A stretch of 64,000 bases of DNA from Acidimicrobiales bacterium (GTDB taxonomy: Bacteria; Actinomycetota; Acidimicrobiia; Acidimicrobiales; Bog-793): positions 20,907 through 84,906 of the forward strand of contig JBEKLQ010000003.1 in the NCBI GenBank assembly GCA_050010115.1. Direction: 5' to 3'. Below, piece by piece: positions 59,204 through 64,000 of this stretch. The notes beneath the pieces were generated by a model. That model was not told the DNA's origin. It did no database searches and worked only from the letters and a program-made list of their open reading frames with translations. Numbering within the stretch: position 1 is the stretch's first letter; each line of letters begins with the position of its first letter. Position numbers and translations under genes: made by a program.

Positions 59204-59485
59204 CTCGGGCCCATCGTGCACAGGCGGATCGATGGGAGCCTCCGGATCGTTGACACCCTCGAGGCAGTGCCCGCCGTCCCGCCTCGGACGGGCAAGAAGC
59301 GGCCTTGCATCGACAGGTGGTGAGGCCGTGCGGCACCGGGCTGGGTCGGGCGGCTTGTTAACGTTTCCCGCCAGATCCACAGGGCGCAGCGGTCGAGCTG
59401 CGAGCCGGATTGCCGCGTCATGTCGAGGCGGCCGTCGACGCGCACGGCGCCCGTCGCACGCCAAATCTGAAGGACGAGGACGACC

Positions 59486-60112
59486 ATGGCTGATGACGAT
59501 CCCGGTGCTGGCGCTGCCCGCCTTGCTGACGAGATGCGCCGGATCATCGAGCGGCTGGCGGTCGTGCGACCTCCCGCAGAGGAGCTGCGGCAGGCGGCCG
59601 AGGCGGCCGCCGTCTTTGCCGACCGGCTCGAGCGGTTCCCGGAACGCAAACGGTCGTGGGAGATCAGCGAGGCCGGTCTCTTGCCGCGTGACTTCGTCGC
59701 CTTCAGCCCGGTGAGCGGGCGTAGCAATGCCATCGCACCGCCGGTGACCCTCAGTGTCGTCGACGGCCCGGGAGGCGCTCACATCGAAGGCGAGGTCTGT
59801 TTCGGTCCCGCCTACGAGGGCCCGCCCGGGCACGTCCACGGAGGGCTGATCGCGGCCATGTTCGACGAGCTGTTGGGTTTCGCCCAGCAGGGCCCGGGGT
59901 TCACAGCCACCCTGACCATTCGCTACCTGCGGCCCACTCCGCTCAACCGTCGCCTGACGCTACGAGCTTTCGTGGAACGCATCGACGGCCGGAAGCGGAC
60001 CATCCGGGGAAGCTGCGAGCTGGACGGCACTGTCCTGGCGGAGGCGGAAGGCCTGTTCATCGCGCCACGCAGCGACGACGACTTCCTGGTCCGCCTCGGA
60101 CAGGGTGGTTGA
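59486..60112 (+). CDS. PaaI/hotdog-fold thioesterase
   Basis: 208 aa. Contains GPPGHVHGGLIAAMFDELLG followed by a beta-sheet region. Confidence 0.82.
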   Translation: MADDDPGAGAARLADEMRRIIERLAVVRPPAEELRQAAEAAAVFADRLERFPERKRSWEISEAGLLPRDFVAFSPVSGRSNAIAPPVTLSVVDGPGGAHIEGEVCFGPAYEGPPGHVHGGLIAAMFDELLGFAQQGPGFTATLTIRYLRPTPLNRRLTLRAFVERIDGRKRTIRGSCELDGTVLAEAEGLFIAPRSDDDFLVRLGQGG

Positions 60113-60168
60113 ATCAACCCGAGCTCGGTGAGCTCGAAGGGTCGTGTCGCCGGAATCGTCCAGTTCGC

Positions 60169-61734
60169 CTACCCGGCAGCACTTGGGAGCTTCGACTGTT
60201 TGGTTGCCTTGGAGCCACCCGGCCCAGGTGGTGGTCCTCCTTTCCCGGTCTGTGGGGGGACGAGCCGCACCAAGTCCGACAGGGGTACGGCAAGGATTGC
60301 TTGTCCGGCAGGTGTGAGCTGGCCCGACTGAGCAAGCTTCCCGATTTGGGAAACGAGATCGGCAACTTTCTCGCCCGCGTCCTTCGTATTCCCTTTCGCG
60401 AGCACTCTCGACAAGCCGCTCAGCCGATTCAACAAGTCGGAGCCGGCGGGCGCCGCGAGGTTTCCACTCGACTCGGCCTTCGCGATTGCGGCCCGCAACT
60501 GCGCGATCGCCTGAGCGGGCGTCGTGGCTCTTGGGATGGTCGTGGTGGTCGAGGTCGTCGTGGTCGAGGTCGTCGTGGTCGAGGTCGTCGTGGTCGAGCT
60601 CGTGGTGGTCGAGCTCGTCGTGGTCGAGGTCGTCGTAGAGGTCACTCGAGACGTTGGCGGAGTCGTCCCGGTGACGTGCCGTTGAGGAGGCGACCCGCCA
60701 GAGAACAGGGCGATCAACAGAACGACAGCGCCAACGAGGATGACGCCGGCGAGCAGGGCTCGAATGCCGCGTCTTCGTGTTGGCAAGCGTGGCGCTGCGA
60801 TCGACGAGGGGTACACGCTGGTCGAAGACAGATCCTCCGGCGGCCCGAGCGAGATGGTCGGGGCCTCCGGCGCGCCGAGCGGGATGGTCGGGTCCCCCGG
60901 TAGAGAAACGTCGCGGATAGCGGCGATGCGACGGCGCAGCGCCTCGGCATCAGGAGGACGCGCGGCTGGGTCCTTTCGGAGGAGCTCAGCTACGAGCACC
61001 GCAAGAGCTGGCGGCACGGATGGGGAGAGATCTGCCAATCGCGGCGCTTCGACATGGAGGTGTTGAGAGCAGACAGCAATGGCAGTGTCACCGTGAAATG
61101 GCGGGTCACCCGCGAGTAACGCGAAGAGGACGCATCCGAACGCGTAGAGATCGGTACGGGCACTGACTGGGTCGCCTCGAGCTTGCTCGGGCGAGAGGTA
61201 CGCAGCAGTGCCGATGACCGTCGACGTTCGAGTCAGCTCCGTTTGTCCCGTAGTTGCCTCGAGCAGCCTCGCTATGCCGAAGTCGAGCACTTTCACGCGG
61301 CCGTCGCTCGCGTAGGCAATGTTCGATGGCTTGATATCGCGATGGACCACCCCGGCGGCGTGGGCCGCAGCGAGCGCGGCAGACACTTGCGCGGCGATGG
61401 CAAGGACCTCGCCGACCGGAAGCGGCCCGGACTCGGCGAGCTTGTGCGCGAGCGTCGGTCCTGCCAAGAGCTCCATGACGAGGAACCCGATGGCACCGTC
61501 GACGCCTGTGTCGAACACCGTAACGATGTTGGGATGATTGATTGATGCCGCTATCTGTGCCTCGCGGCGGAATCGTGCAGTCACCCCGGGAGTTGAAGCC
61601 TCATCGAGCGCGAAGATCTTGACGGCGACCTTCCTGCCGAGCAACTCGTCGGTCGCTTCCCACACCGAGGACATTCCCCCGCGACCGATCTCCGCTTCGA
61701 GGCGGTAGCGAGAGGACAAGCGACGCGCAATCAC
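60169..61734 (-). CDS. Transmembrane Ser/Thr protein kinase with Thr/Ser-repeat stalk and small helical (FIMAH-like) extracellular domain
   Basis: I place the start at GTG 61734 (alternative GTG 61794). Kinase motifs GRGGMSSVW, VAVK, HRDIKPSN, DFGIA and GTAAYLSPE. TM segment IRALLAGVILVGAVVLLIALF. Then a (TTTST)n stalk, then ...LNRLSGLSRVLAKGNTKDAGEKVADLVSQIGKLAQSGQLTPAG... Confidence 0.88.
   Translation of the reverse strand: MIARRLSSRYRLEAEIGRGGMSSVWEATDELLGRKVAVKIFALDEASTPGVTARFRREAQIAASINHPNIVTVFDTGVDGAIGFLVMELLAGPTLAHKLAESGPLPVGEVLAIAAQVSAALAAAHAAGVVHRDIKPSNIAYASDGRVKVLDFGIARLLEATTGQTELTRTSTVIGTAAYLSPEQARGDPVSARTDLYAFGCVLFALLAGDPPFHGDTAIAVCSQHLHVEAPRLADLSPSVPPALAVLVAELLRKDPAARPPDAEALRRRIAAIRDVSLPGDPTIPLGAPEAPTISLGPPEDLSSTSVYPSSIAAPRLPTRRRGIRALLAGVILVGAVVLLIALFSGGSPPQRHVTGTTPPTSRVTSTTTSTTTSSTTTSSTTTTSTTTTSTTTTSTTTTIPRATTPAQAIAQLRAAIAKAESSGNLAAPAGSDLLNRLSGLSRVLAKGNTKDAGEKVADLVSQIGKLAQSGQLTPAGQAILAVPLSDLVRLVPPQTGKGGPPPGPGGSKATKQSKLPSAAG
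60538..60640. repeat. 15-bp tandem repeat (GGTCGAGGTCGTCGT and variants) about 6.6 copies inside the kinase gene
   Basis: Read directly. On the minus strand it encodes (T/S)-only pentapeptide repeats TTTST. Confidence 0.95.
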
Positions 61735-61950
61735 AGGTCCAGTCTCGCGGAGCGACGGGCGACTCGTTTCACGCCACGAGTTGGGACTATCCACGGAGGC
61801 GGCACGCGGGCCAGACGGTCTCTCAATTGACGGTGAGCACCACGCTGGCCGGCTGGCCCCTCGGCCTACACGGCTGTCGCCAGACGCGGTACCCGGCGAA
61901 CAGCGCCCACGCTTCGAGGCCCACCGCCGACCAGCTCCGTCTTCGACGGG

Positions 61951-61956
61951 TAGGCT
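61951..61956 (+). promoter_or_regulatory. Candidate -10 hexamer TAGGCT placed for a leaderless or near-leaderless pyk transcript
   Basis: A TANNNT-type hexamer ends 6 nt before GTG 61963. No Shine-Dalgarno is evident in between. A TTGACG lies ~120 nt upstream, so the -35 assignment is unclear. Confidence 0.2.
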
Positions 61957-61962
61957 CAGTGT

Positions 61963-63381
61963 GTGGGCCGGCGGGCGAAGATCGTCTGCACGTTGGGTCC
62001 GGCGACGCCCGACCTGGAGTCCGTGCGGCAGTTGCTCGTGTCGGGGATGGACGTCGCCCGGCTGAATCTGTCTCACGGCAGTCACGACGAGCACGCTCGG
62101 TGTTACGGGTGGGTTCGTCAGGCCGGCGACGAGACCGGTCACGCAGTCGCGGTGCTGGCTGACCTGCAAGGCCCGAAGATCCGCCTCGGCACGTTCGTCG
62201 GCGGGCGCGCCGCCTGGGTGGCTGGGGACCGGGTCGTCATCACGACCGAGGACGTGCCGGGAGCGGCCGAGCGCGTCTCGACAACCTACGGCGGGCTGCC
62301 CGGCGACGTCCACCCCGGCGACTCGCTGCTCGTCGACGACGGGAACCTGGTGCTGGAGGTGATCGGGGCCGACGTCACGGACGTGACCTGCCGGGTGGTG
62401 GTCGGAGGCCCGGTGAGCGACCACAAGGGCTTGTCACTGCCGGGCGTTGACCTGGCGGTGCCCACCCTGAGCGACAAAGACCTGACCGATCTGCGCTTCG
62501 CGCTGAAGCTGAGCGTGGACATGGTCGCGCTGTCCTTCGTCAGGCACCCCGATGACGCCGAGGCAGTTCGCCAGGTGTTGCGGGAGACCGGCTCGTCGGC
62601 GGGGGTCATCGCCAAGATCGAGAAACCTCAAGCGGTTGCGTACCTGCCCGAGATCGTGGCCGCCTTCGACGGGATCATGCTGGCCCGCGGCGACCTAGGG
62701 GTTGAAACCCCCCTGGAGCAGGTGCCGCTGGTGCAAAAGCGAGGGATCCGTCTGGCACGCGAAGCCGGCAAGCCCGTCATCGTCGCGACCCAGATGCTCG
62801 AGTCGATGATCACCCAGTCCCGCCCCACCCGGGCCGAGGTCTCCGACGTGGCGACCGCCGTATTCGACGGCGCGGACGCGCTCATGCTCTCGGCCGAGAC
62901 GAGCGTGGGCGCCAACCCGCACCAAGCGGTACTCACGATGGCGCGCATCATCCACGCCGCTGAGGCCGAGGCCGTCGGGCACTTCCCGCCCATCGAAGCG
63001 CCCCTCGGCATGAGCAGCGCCGCCCTGGCAGCCGCCGCCATCGAGGTGGCCGTGGACGTGCAAGCGTGCGCTCTGGTTGTCTTCACCCAGACCGGCGCCA
63101 CGGCGCGGCGCTTGGCGCGGCATCGCCCCGCCGTTCCCATCCTGGCGTTCACGCCGGAGCCGGTCGTGCGGAGCCAGCTGGCGTTGAGTTGGGGGGTGGA
63201 GACGTTCATCGTTCCGACCGTCGCCACCACCGACGAGATGGTGCGACAGGTCGATGGGGCGCTCCAGCAGACCGGCCGGGCTGGCGCCGGCGACCGGGTC
63301 GTCATCGTGGCCGGAACCCCGCCAGGACAACCCGGCACCACCAACACGATGCGGGTACACCGCATCGGTGACGTCAGCTGA
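61963..63381 (+). CDS. pyk: Pyruvate kinase
   Basis: 472 aa: RRAKIVCTLGPA...VARLNLSHG...MLARGDLGVE...MLSAETS... Confidence 0.97.
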   Translation: MGRRAKIVCTLGPATPDLESVRQLLVSGMDVARLNLSHGSHDEHARCYGWVRQAGDETGHAVAVLADLQGPKIRLGTFVGGRAAWVAGDRVVITTEDVPGAAERVSTTYGGLPGDVHPGDSLLVDDGNLVLEVIGADVTDVTCRVVVGGPVSDHKGLSLPGVDLAVPTLSDKDLTDLRFALKLSVDMVALSFVRHPDDAEAVRQVLRETGSSAGVIAKIEKPQAVAYLPEIVAAFDGIMLARGDLGVETPLEQVPLVQKRGIRLAREAGKPVIVATQMLESMITQSRPTRAEVSDVATAVFDGADALMLSAETSVGANPHQAVLTMARIIHAAEAEAVGHFPPIEAPLGMSSAALAAAAIEVAVDVQACALVVFTQTGATARRLARHRPAVPILAFTPEPVVRSQLALSWGVETFIVPTVATTDEMVRQVDGALQQTGRAGAGDRVVIVAGTPPGQPGTTNTMRVHRIGDVS

Positions 63382-63564
63382 CCCAGCTCGAGATTGTGAT
63401 GTGGAATGGCGCGGAAGCAGCCGCCGGGTGCCGACGGTTGGTGGCAATGCGCGACTGGCGGCCGGGTGACGCCGGGGCAGCCATGATCCGTCGTTCGACA
63501 CGCGGCGGTCGCCATCGCCCCGGAGCTGCCACCACTGATCTTGGGCAAGCATCACGACGCAAGG

Positions 63565-64000
63565 TCATGGTATGCTGCTAGTCCCCAACGGCGGCATATC
63601 GGCCGACGCCGGATGGTAGGGGTGCTCCTCGAGGTGGTTGAGCAGCCGGGCCAAGCTGGCCTCCGCCACGCAGACGACGCTGTCGGCGGCGCCGTAGTAG
63701 AGGTGCAAGGTGTCGCCGTCATCGCGCAGGATCCACCCACAGGGAAACACGACGTCGGGCACATCTCCTTCGCGCTCGTAGGCCTCATGGGGCCCGAGGA
63801 CCCACTCGTTGCCACGTGCGAGCACCTTGGTGGGGTCGTCGCGATCGAGCAGTGCTAGCCCGAGCCGGTAGATCGATCCCGATGCGGTGACCCGAACCCC
63901 GTGGTAGCAGAGCAGCCAGCCCTGCTTGGTGAGCAGTGGTGGCGGCCCGAGGCCTACCTTGTTGGCGTCCCACCAGCCGCCCCTCCTGGCAGGAAGCAGG
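63565..64000 (-). CDS. GH130-family glycoside phosphorylase/hydrolase, C-terminal part (5' end beyond window)
   Basis: My translation shows the frame open to base 64000: ...WWDANKVGLGPPPLLTKQGWLLCYHGV...YRLGLALLDRDDPTKVLARGNEWVLGP...DVVFPCGW...LHLYYGAADSVVCVAEA. The track lists only 63565..63825. Confidence 0.8.
   Translation of the reverse strand, partial: LLPARRGGWWDANKVGLGPPPLLTKQGWLLCYHGVRVTASGSIYRLGLALLDRDDPTKVLARGNEWVLGPHEAYEREGDVPDVVFPCGWILRDDGDTLHLYYGAADSVVCVAEASLARLLNHLEEHPYHPASADMPPLGTSSIP

Noticed and set aside
59204-59485. 282-bp untranslated gap before the thioesterase, considered for a riboswitch/sRNA or terminator
   Set aside because: Only a weak 6-bp hairpin (59274-59291) without a U-tract, and I could identify no conserved riboswitch blocks. 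Evidence is insufficient to call a feature.
58325-59839. 504-aa minus-strand ORF spanning the methyltransferase and the thioesterase 5' end
   Set aside because: It is antisense to two motif-supported plus-strand genes and crosses their intergenic region. No recognisable domain.
63396-63581. 61-aa ORF in the pyk / GH130 convergent gap
   Set aside because: Arg/Gly/Ala-rich, no RBS and no motif. It overlaps the GH130 3' end and is most likely spurious.

Overview
Visibly very GC-rich, gene-dense bacterial chromosome segment. I support about 58 protein genes. I found no rRNA, tRNA, CRISPR array, transposase or integrase by eye. Gene content and order look like Actinomycetota; this is an inference from synteny and from an Rv2466c-like and an Rv0501/0502-like gene pair. 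The backbone (10.4-32.3 kb, all minus strand) is the housekeeping string glmU-prs-[secreted protein]-rplY-pth-mfd-[lipoprotein]-mazG-eno-ftsB ... DUF501-ppx, tightly chained by GTGA/ATGA/TGATG start-stop overlaps. Two things interrupt it. One is a 6.2-kb form-II CoxL/S/M-type molybdoenzyme module (with a split XdhC, MocA and a membrane-anchored CoxG) sitting exactly between ftsB and DUF501. The other is a secreted protein of about 7 Ig-like domains between prs and rplY. The left flank (1-10.3 kb) is cell-envelope chemistry: a RipA-like NlpC/P60 hydrolase, an acyltransferase/epimerase pair, a GNAT, a 1041-aa sulfotransferase+GT2+GT2 fusion, a small helical protein and a divergent GT-B. The right part holds a bkd (E1a/E1b/E2) operon with a divergent Lrp regulator and a paaABCDE operon plus crotonase. 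It also holds a secreted 8x CX5C-repeat protein of unknown family, a MarR-controlled Tam-methyltransferase::VOC fusion, two small orphan proteins, a transmembrane Ser/Thr kinase, pyk and a GH130 fragment. The signals most worth a second look are listed here. (1) Short tandem repeats with unit lengths divisible by 3 are concentrated in the paa operon (inside paaB, paaC, paaD and just upstream of paaA). They also occur in the kinase and as a 12-bp x7.5 stop-codon/GCTAGC array between two convergent genes. (2) The sulfotransferase-dual-glycosyltransferase fusion. (3) The CX5C repeat protein. (4) The cox-like insertion into a cell-division/polyphosphate operon. (5) Two genes (pth and a zinc-ribbon methyltransferase) encode essential or conserved N-terminal motifs upstream of any ATG/GTG/TTG, implying CTG or another non-canonical initiation. 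(6) A GlmU homologue lacks the acetyltransferase catalytic half. All function calls rest on motif recognition in the translated ORFs; no database search was possible.
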